From positions 28,396,001 through 28,460,000 of the forward strand of contig NW_027266275.1 of assembly GCF_022045235.1 (NCBI RefSeq): a stretch of DNA of 64,000 nucleotides. The letters run 5' to 3'. Below the pieces are notes generated by a model, which worked only from the letters and a program-made list of their open reading frames with translations, was not told the DNA's origin and ran no database searches. Of the stretch, positions 19,957 through 32,736 are shown in pieces. The stretch's first letter is position 1. Each line of letters begins with the position of its first letter. Made by a program: the position numbers and the translations under genes. This stretch comes from Haliotis cracherodii. Taxonomy: Eukaryota.

Positions 19957-21812
19957 GGAGACCTGCAAGTTAGTCGATATCAAGAAGACACAAACAACAA
20001 GTTTTCACCCATGCTGCATTGGCCAGAGTGAGAGGATGATGTCAACAATCTTGTAACGGGATGACGAATGACCGCACCCAAGAGCGAGAGAGATGATACA
20101 ATCAGTATTTGGAAGAAAATGTACAGTTGATCGACATTGAAGATTGTGAAAATAAGCGGGAATATCCACCTGTGCATTTAAATCGTTCCAACCACATACA
20201 TTCAAATTTACTACAAAATGTACTCCGTTTTGCTACGCTACATCAGCTTCCAAAAGTAGGAGAGATATGAAAATCGGTATTGGAAGTAAAGCTACAGAAA
20301 AGATACGACAGCCCGTTCGCGGAACTCTCTATACTAAAAAGTGTAACGAAGGTATCACGCGTTAGGAAGGAGCTTGGACATTCTGAGTATGAAGGGAGAT
20401 AACTCTGTCAACCTTACTACTTCAAAGTCGTAGGCTCTGTGAAGCGTAACGATTTTTAATTCACTTGATGCCACACTGCCTTGTCAGCTCTTTCTGTGAT
20501 CATCCAGGCGTATCTGATAACACACTGACACAACAACAATGTCATCTGCGGTAGTCAGCCGCTTTATAGCACCGTGCAAACACAACCCATATTGCGCCAA
20601 TCTCCGCGAGGGTCCAGAGCGAGCTAATGGGATTTGAGTGTATTTGTCTTTATGTCTGCATGACGTATGCTCTATGCCGTATGCGACCCTCATTGACAAC
20701 CAGCAATCAATTTGTTCGTATTTAAAAAAATGTTTTTGAGCATCTGATATCTTTTGAGGTGCTGTAATATTATTCTTAATGAATAAATGTTTACGAAAAT
20801 CCACTACGATTTAATGTTTGACTGTGTAATTGTCTATGACAACAACGACTACACGACGAAGTACATTGATAGGGAGCGGGTTGGTATTATAGTTTGGTGT
20901 CTGATATCTCTTGAGTAAAATAGAAACTTTGAAACTAAGGTTCCTGACGTAAATGGTTAATGAAATAGACATTTTAACGACTAATATTTCTGTTCATAAG
21001 AATGTCTATTTCTGTCTATTTCTCTACATGTGTAGAATCCCAATTCGATACGGTACTTGGTGTTATTTATACGAGTATACAATAATGAAAACACAACGTG
21101 CCAAACATGAAATTTGTTAGTATCTAATATATTAATATATAAATGTGTGTTGTTAGGCAGGATATAATTTGATCGGTTTTGAGGTTCCACAGAAAACCAT
21201 CTTCAATCTTGACCGATAAGAATGTCACATCCTGGAGACAACGCATCAATTAAAACCCCTCATGACATCAGTGTACTCATTGGTCGAAATACCAGTTGTT
21301 CATAAGAATCCTGCTTATCACAATCCTGCTTGCAGTGGATGTATTTCACTTCAATGTCATCAAACGCACGTTTTGGTGTGGGAAATGGATATCAAATCTT
21401 TCGTATGATCCACCCGACTGTTTTTCGTTTCAATAGAAATTAAATGTTCATTTCAACATCGGATCAAGGGAATCACTTTCATTATGATCTAACAGTACAC
21501 GGATTAATGCAGTGGCCCCTCAGTAGAAATGGACTCGCCTTCATTAATGTATCAGCTATTCTTGGAGATTATGGTCTTTAACTCGATTATGCACTTTAAT
21601 AAACATGTAACTGCAAGTGTTTTAAAGTCGATTAAAATCTCATAATAAATTTTCAGGTCACTCTGCTGGTGCCATTCAATTACTATGAAAGCAGAAATCG
21701 ATACACCCTACGCCACATGCGGTTTCGTCTGACGGTCGAGCAATCCCAATGTGGTCCAGACAGCATTGCTTGTCGTCACGACGATAGTACCTCTCCAAAG
21801 TTTATGTCAATA

Positions 21813-21905
21813 ATGGCGACTTCCCCACTCACGCTGTTGCTGAGGCGAAATATAGGAAAACATTTCGTACGGAAAAAAGTGCGACCTTTACTAAGCAACT
21901 TCAGG
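21813..21905 (+). CDS. Probable first coding exon of a downstream gene; peptide resembles a mitochondrial presequence (MATSPLTLLLRRNIGKHFVRKKVRPLLSNFR)
   Basis: ataATGG Kozak context in a locally CpG-rich region, 31 codons rich in R/K/L/S with no acidic residue, ending at an AGG|gtaagg donor. Downstream exons were not identified. Confidence 0.5.
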
Positions 21906-22850
21906 GTAAGGACAATATGTTTTATTTGATGCAAAATGCAACTTGTATCCACTGTCAGTGCGTTTCATATGAAGTTTGGTTCGCTGTCCGGCGACTGTTT
22001 CGCTGGATCAAGCTGCTTCTTGCCAACCGATATTCGGCAACTGTAAATGACTTGAGTTCGCGTGAAGTATTGTGACATTTGTTGCAATATCTACGTGTAT
22101 GTGAGCGTTCCCTCTAAGATATTTTCAAATACTGCTGTCCCGTACATGCAATGCAGTTTTGTCAAAATGGGCGGTGTCAAATCCTCTGCTTCAGCACATT
22201 AATGGAATGTATACCTTGAACTTACCTGTGCATTCCTGGATCATATAAAAGTATCACCGTCGGTTAGATATAGTGCACTACCTACTACTTGGTTATTTAA
22301 TACACTGTTGCAAATTTGTAATAATTTCAATATTCATGTATTATTACAAATTTTGCCTCAATGTATATAGCAATATAAACTGATGTTTGGAAATAAACGT
22401 AAACAGCTATGAAAGGTCTGGCTACTAAGGACATGTGATAACATGGGCATGATGAAATGTATCACAGCAGGTGCATCAGAGATTAACAACATCTTTTGGT
22501 TGCTGCTTATATTTGCCAGTGATCTTGTAGTTTTGTTATGAATGGACATTTCTTAATTCAGCCATAGATGTCTCTTCATTTGACATTAATACATGCTACA
22601 GTGTAAGGTTGTCATTGTTTTTTTCCAGATGACAGGCCACTATCCAGAAGAATAAGTATCATGTGATATGCCTGTTCAGTATAAATGTACTTTTTAGTCT
22701 CTGACCTCAGCCACTATTCTGAAGCCCAATGTTTATAAAATTTGGACTTGTTTGGATGTGTAAAGAGCCAAGTTGGGGCTGTGATAAGTTCTAAGTGCAT
22801 TGTCCATTGAAGACTGTTCGCCAAATGATTCAATTATAGATAAGGCTCCA

Positions 22851-22992
22851 TTCAGCCAATTGTGTGGATTGATCATGTTGATGCTCATGATGTCAATCAC
22901 TGGATTGTCTGGTCCAGACTTGATTATTTACAGACCGCCATCATATAGCTGGAATATTGCTGAGTGCGGCGTTAAACAACAAACAAACAAAA
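22851..22992 (+). mobile_element. 3' part of SINE-like family A
   Basis: gatgctcatgatgtcaatcactggattgtctggtccagac..gctggaatattgctgagtgcggcgttaaacaac followed by an (AAAC)n tail. Matches 44795-45060. Confidence 0.85.
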
Positions 22993-23431
22993 CTGTTCAT
23001 TGACGTTTAAGCTGCCTTTAGAATGTTAAGTGCACTGTATTCAGGACGTCTCTATTTAACATTGCACTAGAAATGAATTGACAAGAAATTCTAAGACAGA
23101 AAGTACATATTAATGTTTTTTGTGGGAGAGTTTCAATACATTTGTAGAAAATATTGGTGTGAAGAGAAAAAGGTCACAGTGAAGGTTCTGTAAGGACTGT
23201 GACTGTCTGGTAGTATGGGAGTTAGCTTACACTGTTGTCAGCCATAGAGACGTCAGCCTTCTTGTCATTCATAATCTAAAATCTATATTGGGCTATTGCT
23301 ACATGCTGGATGTTGATTCTACAGTAGGAGAACAATGTAATATATCATTGAAGCAGTTACTTGACAATCAATACTGGTGACCCAATGAATCTGCTCTGCT
23401 TTTAAGAAACATCTCATTTTCATTTGACAAA

Positions 23432-23723
23432 GGGGGGCACGGGTGGCCCAGTCGTCTAAGGTGCCGCGATTCGCTGTGCAGAGTTGCGTCCCCTGGACAC
23501 GCCAGAAACCTATCATTGTGGGTTCGAATCCCGGTTCGCCACGATAATGTTTCTAGGTTTGTCAGCACCATACCCGTGCTCGTGGGTTTCACAGAAGTGG
23601 TAAACGTCCGAGACCTGCATCACTTCGGGCTTTCCTCCCACATTAAGCTGACACGCCGTGATATAACTGGAATAATGTTAAAAGCGGCGTTAAACCCAAC
23701 TCACTCACTCACTCACTCACTCA
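23432..23723 (+). mobile_element. tRNA-derived SINE family B, full length
   Basis: A-box-like TGGCCCAGTCG, B-box GGTTCGAATCC, and 3' gcggcgttaaacccaac with an (ACTC)n tail. A second copy is at 57212-57480 and partial copies are at 23760-23980, 53880-54113 and 54990-55110. Confidence 0.85.
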
Positions 23724-24973
23724 TTTGTCAAAGAAAGATGTGAGTGTGTCGAATGGACATGTGATGAGACAGCTTTGATTTGTTACCTCTGTGGTTTTGA
23801 ATCCCCATTTGTCCCTTTAATGTTTCTAGGTTTGTCAGCACCATACCCTTGCTTGTGGGTTTCACCAAAGTGGTAAATGTCTGAGACCTGCATCAATTCA
23901 GGCTTTCCTCCCGTGTTAAACTGAAACGCTATGATATCACTGGAATACTGTTCACAGTGGCGTTAAACCCAACTCACTCACCCACAGATAGATTGGTTTT
24001 ACAATCCTTTAATAATGAGTGACTGAGTGAATGTTGTTTTGTGTCGGAAGTATTGAACTGTACTATCCCAGTGACCTGGAGGTCACCATGTCTGGGTCAT
24101 TCAAACCAGTGCTTACACTTACATACACCATGAGCAATGATCTACACCATTTGGGTACAAAGATGCACAATCTCCAGGTTGCAGTATGTGACCACTTGAT
24201 TCTGATTAGCAAGCTCTTATCCTGATTCTCCCCCCCCCCCCCCCCCGGAATGCCCAGGGAAAATATATCAAGAAGTCAGATGCTGACAATTATTATGATA
24301 TAGGTACAGTGGGGAAAATGCTGGATAAGAAAGTAATAAATATCAATTTTATTGGGATTTTTTAAGTCTGTGAGAATTGATTGAATTTGCTTTTCCTCAC
24401 TATAGACCTCAGTTCCGTGTATAAAGACAGTTTTATGCACACTTTGGATAACTGAAGATTTCTTTGATAAGAATTTGAAGAAAAACAGTTTTATAATGGA
24501 AGAAATTGACAAGGCTTCTGGTAATTTATTGCTGAGCATTTGAGCACTCAGATAATTTTAATGGAGTTTGCCACTTTAGACATGTTATAAACAAGTTATT
24601 ATATCAATAATTTTGTTGTTATTTCTATAAAAGATTCGTTCATGTCTTTGACTAAAATCATACATTGAAAAAGCTATTCATGGCCATTTGTTCAAAATGT
24701 AATGAAATTTGGGACATGTGTCGTTAGTAATGGGGCTTAACATGTATGTTCCATTTATATACAAGCTGGTAATAAAGCCAATGGACATGTTACAGTTTTC
24801 ACACATGGACAGTTAAATCAATCAAAACCCTGTAAAAAAATTGATTAACTGGAATTAACAGAAATTTGAATGCAGACAAGAGGATGTTTTGTATTCGATC
24901 AGCTGTTGCCAGGTTATTGCTACAAAAGCTTCATTGCATTACGTGTTCCCTTGATATCAATACTGATGAGGTA

Positions 24974-25170
24974 TGTGTGTGTGTGTGCTGTTTAACGCCA
25001 CACTCAGCAATATTCCAGCTCTATGACGGCAGTCTGTAAATATCTAAGGACCATACAAAACAGTGATTAACATTATGAGCATCGATCCATGCAGTTGGGA
25101 AACGATGACATGAAATTGACCAAGTTGCAAGACCTGAGACCATTTAGTCCCCTCTTCAACAAGCCGTAGC
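24974..25170 (-). mobile_element. SINE-like family A, diverged partial copy
   Basis: Reverse complement of the family A 3' end (tttaacgccacactcagcaatattccagct). Confidence 0.75.
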
Positions 25171-26354
25171 TTACTTATTTTTATTGCAAATATAAGGTTT
25201 GTGTGCGCACTTGTGATGTTCTTCATTCCAGGTCACTTTATACACGGAGTATAGGATTTTGGGTCGGTTTTGAAGGTGTGTACAGGGGGGTCGTCTTATA
25301 CGTGGGGTCGACTTATACGCAGCGATATACGTTAAGACACACGTACGAGTCAATGGCATAGAGCCATAACCCCAACACGTGATCTTCTATTCAATATTCC
25401 TCTACATCCAGCTGACATACAGATTCCATCTGACTTTTGATTTCTACACCGGACATTTCATGCTATCATGTTCATCTGAAAGATTTAAAGACTTTACCAT
25501 TTTAAGGTCAGCAATGTAAAATCCTGGGACCCCGTCATAGTGTTGAGGATGAATTATTCAGATCTTTCCCATGTTACATTAGCTGATCACAGCAGAACCC
25601 AGACGGGATGCTATCTCATGGTGTGCTAGGCAGAGCTTGTTGGGTTGGTGGGATCAGCCTGGATTGGCCTCCAACCAAGCACCCGAGCATCAGTGCTTTG
25701 CAATACTTGGTACTAATGTGCCATTATCACTTTACAGTACGATGTCATTTATTCCTGCACAGGGTTAGACACGTCAACTAGTCCGTTGGTCTGAGTCAAG
25801 TGAAAATCCAGAGAAACTGTATTTTCCACCAAAATTTCTTCTGTAAACCACTAGTCCACAATCAGCTCCGGATTAGTTGATATGACCAAAGGTGTCTCCC
25901 CCGAATAATACCCACAATAATCTGGACGGAAAACACATTTCTGTGATATTTTTGTGAAATAATACTCATTTCTTGTGGAATGGGGTTATCTACTTGATGT
26001 TCTTTGCGCTTGGCTGAATGATGAACATGATGAATATGGTGACCTATCAAAAATGGGTCAGATTGGTTTGAGTGAGTGGTTGCTGCTAATTTTGCCCCCA
26101 AGGTTTGGCCATGAGTTGTCCCGTGTTATCTGTTAGACACAAGTTTGTGCGATCGATTCATGTTGAGTCACTGGGCTTTACTGTACAACCAACAGTGTTT
26201 GCATTTTTTGTTTACCTGAACCAAAGGTTTATGATGCTGAGATTTTGCATTGATGGTTCAAGCAATGGTGTCTCTGGGTATGCTCAAAGAATTTGGATCT
26301 GGCTTAAAGGAAATGTGACTGAATACAGTGCCTCGGGGGGGGGGGGGGGGGGAT

Positions 26355-26635
26355 GGGTAGTGGTGTCAGAGATGAATCCAGTGCCACAGATTTGGGGTGG
26401 GTAGTGGTGTCAGAAGTTGAATAGTGTGTCACAGATTGGGGTAGTGGTGTCCAAAGTTGAATATAGTGGCACAGATTTGGGGTAGTGGTGTCCAAAGTTG
26501 AATATAGTGGCACAGATTTGGGGTAGTGGTGTCCAAAGTTGAATAGTGTGTCACAGATTGGGGTAGTGGTGTCCAAAGTTGAATACAGTGCCACAAATTT
26601 GGGGTGGGTAGTGGTGTCAGTTGAATAGAGTGCCA
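26355..26635. repeat. Minisatellite, ~41-46 bp unit (GGGTAGTGGTGTCCAAAGTTGAATATAGTGGCACAGATTT), about 7 copies
   Basis: Directly visible tandem repeat. Confidence 0.9.
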
Positions 26636-27254
26636 TGTTGTGATGTTACAACTAATATGAATTATGAACTTGTTTGACTTGTGTCTATCCATTTCAAAGA
26701 GTTTGGGATTCAGAAAAATTGGTTCAGTTGTAGGCAATAGCTTCCACAAGTGCTAGATAGCTGCAGGGGTTTTGAGTGCCAATGCAAGGCTTATTGGATA
26801 CTTGAAACAAGATATTCCACAAACCATGGGGGAGAAAACAGGTGAAGAACTGACTGACAACAAACCAATCAAGCACCAACACAAACACCTCTACAAAACA
26901 CGTGTTATACACACTACACATAATGAGTCTGTTTTAGCACCAGGAACTTTTCACCTACATACTACCAACATACCATTCTTACATGACGTGCATAACCTGA
27001 ACCTCCCCTAGCCTCAGCATAGAGATGGGATGTGACAGGTATAAGCCCTGTGTGGCTGTTGCTAATATCTGGAGATAGCTGCCTGATGATGATGTATTTT
27101 TGTCTTTGTTGCAGGAAAGCAGCCAAATAGGAGACCATAGCTGCCCCTGTTACTTCTACTGTACCCAAGTGTTATTCAGGAATGGTAAGTGTCACTGCTT
27201 CAGCTATCTTGTGTCCTTGCTCATGGCAACAGTCACTGCAACATGTGGCTGTTG

Positions 27255-27495
27255 TATAACACTCATACCAGGCCTGCTGACAATGTTCAACAAGGAAGGG
27301 AAAACTTGCTTCTGTTTTTGGCGTTATTGGTTTTGAAACATTCCCTTATGAAATTCAGTCACTTATTTATTCCTTATCAGGCATGCTAACAATCGGAGAT
27401 GTTCAACAAAGAGGGTAAAACTTGCATCTATTTTAGGGGGTGATGGGTTTTGAAACATTCCGTAATGAAATTCAGTCACCTATTTATTCCTTCAG
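27255..27495. repeat. Two-copy ~119 bp tandem duplication
   Basis: atgttcaacaa..aaaacttgc..ttttgaaacattcc..gaaattcagtcac..tttattcctt occurs twice. Confidence 0.8.
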
Positions 27496-29195
27496 GACTG
27501 AACCTTGATCATTGCGATCACTTGTCAGAATATATAAGTGGTTTCTTACAACAAGAATTCACATGGTACCGAGTGGGAAATTAGGAAGAGCAGCTGCACA
27601 AAGGTTTTCTGTATAATGTGACATATACGCCTCAGAATGGAGGAGGTGCCCTTTCTCCAAGATTTGGATTTATTTATGACATTGAAGAAAAGGATATTGC
27701 CAAACATTTACTTCAGGACATTTTGTGGAGTATAATCTGAAAGTTTGAAATATGAAACCATTGTTTGCGACAGCTGCATCAATCAGACACAGGATCACTG
27801 AAGATGATAATTTTCATAAAACTCCTAAAATGAAAAAATAGGAATTTAATGCTTCCTAATCAGTGATTCTACAATAGAACACGCTCTTTAGGTCTGTGAT
27901 TATCAACAATGGATGTATATGTGATAAGTACACAGTGTCATTGTGTTTGAAGTGAGATCACTGAAGTAGAATTTGATTTTTATCACAGTGGTGAATCGGG
28001 ATGGCATCATTGCACTTGACTATATAATATGTATGGTTGGATCACCATCGGCTTAACATGAAGCAGTGATATAATATGGTTATTACATCAGAGCACATAT
28101 AGCCATTGCAGCCTTGACACAGTGGGATATAGTCACTGGCACAGTGTGGAAACAGGCTCGAGAGGTTTATTACATCATACATGTATACAATATGGTTACA
28201 TATTTATGGGAGCAATATGGTTGTTATACAATGTATACCGTATGGATACATATGACATCATCAGCACAATATGGGTACAGGATGCCAGGTACAAAAATAA
28301 TAATTGCAACAGAAATTGATCTCTTTGGCATCCAAGGTGGTTGTTGGTGGGTTGGGGTTTACGGAGATTGGATCCTCCATCTTGTTCATATGTAAGAATG
28401 TAATTGCAAATATGTATAAGATGTGGTATAGTGTGTATGATAATTATGATAATAATTGGGGACAGTCATGGATAGTTCCAGTCCAGCCCACAGGATATCA
28501 TTGTATGACAAGCACTGATACTTCAGATGTTTCTACTCATTTTCATCATAATTGTTTGATGATGGAACCATACTATCTGTTGGATGGTTGGACAGTTGTC
28601 TCATGAGGAAATGAAGTGCTATCTGCCTCTTTACTTCAGACGTTGACAAATACATCAATGCAATTATAGTTAATGGGATGGAAAAACATTTCTGTGTGGG
28701 TGTCAGTGCTCTCTCCTTGGACTCGGACACATTATTTTAATTACCATATGTCAGGCATGGGAGCTCTCAATTTTAACAACTGGTTTATTTTGTCTTGTTA
28801 AATCAGGATACTAACCTCAGTATTGCTGACTGGGCTGACACAAGATTTACTCACTTACATAAAATGTCAAGCACTGGTTTGACAATTTATATGTTGTCGA
28901 CCACAAATAAATATTTAATTTATTGCTAAGAAATTCAAGAACACACTGATTTACTCATCATGAGCAGCTGATTAGTCATTGATCATATAAGGGGCAGTTG
29001 GATAGCACAGTGGTTGGTGTTTCCTAGTTGTGTAGAAGGTATGAGTTCAATTCCCTATACAGAAATCCTCCTTGGATATATCCCCTACATTAATTAGAGC
29101 AATATTGCTAAAAGCGGCATAAATAGGATGCCATCATGCCAATAGTGTCATAATTGTGTCTGTGTCTCTTTTGTCATTTGACAGACAGCTCTTAA

Positions 29196-31174
29196 AGGGG
29201 CACTGATCTAACGCAATTCCGCGGACTGGTTGCTGCCTTTGTTATTGTTTTTTTCCCCGTGAGTACCCGGATGATACGCAACGCAACTGAGCGTGACCAG
29301 AGACTGGGCTACCATGTGCAAGGACAGCTAAATGAACTTGAAGGCTGGAGGCAATATTTGTTTTACGCATTTTTGCATAAACACTGATTGGTTAACTGTG
29401 ATCTATAAAGATTTCGACAAAGGCGCATGTTAATTAATTTCTTCGGCCTAAACAAAGAGACAAAAAGAACGGCAGAGCTCATCGGATGTGGTAATTTGGA
29501 AATACACCAGATGGTTATAGTTTAATAATAAAAAAAGTATCCATGCAGTGAACGAATTTTCGGGTTTTGGATTGCGTTGATAATACGATTACTACTCCCT
29601 TGTTGTCATCCACGTTTTCTCGTCTAACCCTACACTTGTGTATTTGTCGTCATTCCCTTGATGCTCAGTTAATGAATTTATTACAGGTACAATTAGTGGT
29701 AGCACCACTTAGATTACCTGACAAAGGTTCCCATTTGGCATTTATTGTGTCTGGGGTAATTATTCAATCTAAATCCAGGTTGGAAGTGAGGTGAAATGTG
29801 TGTTATGTAATATGCATGTGGCAGCCAAGCAAGAGATGAATGATCAGTTCATTTACTTTTTTTGTATATCAACGGATCGTTCCTGGTCATCGAAGGATTA
29901 ACATTAAATACGTTGATTGATTAATCACTGTTCTCTTGCACAGAGGATATGTCAAAAGTGAGTGTTTACATGTCTAGGTTTACTAAAACAAAGGGAATAC
30001 ACTCATATCATGGCGTAAAATGCCGATGTTAAAACAACATACTTTGTTCAAAGGGATAACTGATAATATGTTGATTGATTGATCATTGTTATCTGTCACT
30101 CAATGGAACCGTGGACGTTATGAAAATAGTTGTCATGTGGGCTTTCTCAGCCGACCCTTGAAGACTTGACACCTATGTGAAACACCTGAAACAATCCAAG
30201 TGATCAGTTGAGAAACGAACACGGGTTATAATATCCCGAAACGATATATATTTTTAAAAATATTTGATTGTTACAGAGACACGTGACATCGAATAAGTTT
30301 CTTTGTACAGCTGCAGACGAGTGGGATATTGTTCCTTTGTGTGGATATTCACGGATACATTCCTCGAACAAGGAAGCTGCCTAAAATTTATACACATAAA
30401 TTTGGTGGGTTGTAATTATGGTATTTGCATTTTGTTTTCCTTCATTTGAACCGATTCGTTCTTGTTTCTCTATGTCTTGGTTGGGAAATTCTTCAATGCG
30501 CGATAGACGTTGTTTTCTCCGGTCTTTTCCTTTGTAAGCGTGTATATATTACCGTCAGTTTGTAAAATTTGATTCTCTCAGGCAAGTTATAAAATGTGTA
30601 AATATTTCAGCCATTTTGACTAAGAAATCTGTCCAGATTGATTAAGACGAACAAAAGGGCCTACAAACATCACAACAGATTATTATGTAGGATTAGAAGC
30701 CAAACAACATAGACATGTACTTTTCAACGAAATGTTTTTCAGTCACTTTGTAAAATATTTAGACGTTTAATAAATATGTTACACATTTTGACAGTAAAAA
30801 AATATACACACTATAAAAAAGCAATGCTTAGGTGAAATATTTACTTCGTGTTGCAAGTAAAAATAGTGTAAACGAAAATCGCAAAATTACCAAGCAAGAG
30901 ACTTATCAAAACTTCGTCACCATTACCGATGCTACCCCCAAAGATACCTACATTTCCTTATTATCTCGAAAACTGTATTTCATTTTGTTGATCAATGTGA
31001 CCATACGCCCTTATTACTACCGGTATCCATAAACGTGACTAATGCGCTTACGAAAGGCGCAGCAGAGGTCGCGAACTAGTCTAGATTTCTGCTATACATC
31101 CGGGTACTCACTGGGAAAAAACAATAACAAAGGCAACAACCAGTCCCGGGGAATTGCGTTAGATCAGTGCCCCT
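29196..31174. mobile_element. Non-autonomous Kolobok-like DNA transposon (1979 bp)
   Basis: ~78 bp near-perfect TIRs (AGGGGCACTGATCTAACGCAATTCC..GAGTACCCGGATG) and a TTAA TSD at 29192-29195 and 31175-31178. Purine termini with TTAA favour Kolobok over piggyBac (CCY termini). No transposase ORF. Confidence 0.88.
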
Positions 31175-32571
31175 TTAACTTTTCCTTCAATTGTATAGTG
31201 GCATATGGCCTCATCAACACAAGTGTTATTGTCAGACGTGCAAAGATAATGGCACCCATATTCTTCCCTACTCCTGTGAGGTACACTGAAGTAACAGTAG
31301 GCGCAGTTCAGAAGGTGTAAATAATGCGTATTCACCACTGCTTCTTGTAGAACTTAAACCAATTATCATGGGAGTCTGAATAAACAGGATGCCAATTGTT
31401 CTGTTTTGTGAATGGCAGTAGAATGAAACGTAGAAAATGGGTCTGATAGTTTGACCATTGGTTTGGGGTTTGTGAAGCACCCTGCTGCAATTCAGAACTC
31501 CCTTGGGAACTTCAGTGCAATTTACTTGAGTTACGGGCTATTAGGTATGTATTCTTGAGTGAACTACGTGCAGGGGTAATAAGTGACTTTAATTCATGAA
31601 GCTATTAGCTCATCTACTGCAGTAACACCAACAAAGGTTCTTCTCATGCACTGCCACAGAATTCCACATTCACGACCTTACCCTTGCAGCTCATCTCAAT
31701 ATGCCAGTTATACAGGTGCATATGTGTAGGTACGTACATGTAGATAAGGATAGTATACATCGCTTTACCCCCCTGAGTATTTGGGGTTAGAATTGGTCAC
31801 CAGCATCCTATGCTGGTTGAAGAGGTGACCAAATGGATGTGACTTGGTAGATTGCGTGATGGCGTAGATTATTTACAGGGTGACGTCATATAACTTAAAT
31901 ATTACTCAGTGTGGCGTTAAACAACAAAGTTAAAACATATCCTACTTCAGACAAACTTCTCTTACATATATTAATATATTTTATTTGATCTCAAACTAGT
32001 CAGCAATGATGTAACTGGGGACCAGAATCCCTACAGGAGATGATCTCTGTGAATTCGGAAGATGGATTCTGTGTTCAACACTTGCAGGTGGTAAAGAATG
32101 GATAGGCAAGACGACATCACTGGCTTCTTCAACTCAGGGTTATTGATCATTACTACGATTCTCAATAGACTCCTACAGCTTCCTGTTTCCTGACTGACAG
32201 TTGCACCATCTGAGGCTAATCTCAGATGTTGGGAAGATGATAAATCTGTATAAGCAAGCAAACGCTGTTGGGTAATGTGTGCATAGTTCCCTGGAGGGGC
32301 TTGGAAAGGCTAGTAACAACACATAACTGGTGAAAACTGCGATTACATGGGTTTGTGTAAATCAGTAGGTTTATGGTAGTGATGTTTGTTGTGTAATGCC
32401 ACATTCGGCAATATTATGGCTTTCTTTCCACATCTAGCTGACACTTCACGGTATGACTTTAGTACTGTTAAAAGCAACGTTTAGCTGAACCCACTTGGTC
32501 AATGGTCAACTGTACAATAACAATGATAGGTTCTTCCAACTGGTTTGTCCTTGTTTTGACCTTGATGTGAA

Positions 32572-32736
32572 TGTTTTGTTTTGTTTTTTGTTTATTGCCA
32601 CACTCACCTATTTTCCTGCTATATAGCATGATCGAGTCTGGACCAGACAATCCAGTGATTGACATCATGAGCATCAATACATGCAGTTCTGATACGATGA
32701 TCTGCATTCTATCAAGTCACCGAGTCTGACCGCCTG
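32572..32736 (-). mobile_element. SINE-like family A copy running into a derived minisatellite
   Basis: atcgagtctggaccagacaatccagtgattgacatcatgagcatc is the reverse complement of the family A core. Confidence 0.85.

Noticed and set aside
9340-19960. Kinase array as cargo of a Helitron or other bounded transposon
   Set aside because: I found no TC..CTRR termini with a properly placed hairpin, and no TIRs or TSD enclosing the array.
22629-22655. Second exon of the 21813 gene
   Set aside because: The acceptor is good, but direct phase-0 joining gives MTGHYPEE then a stop; it cannot be supported without transcripts.
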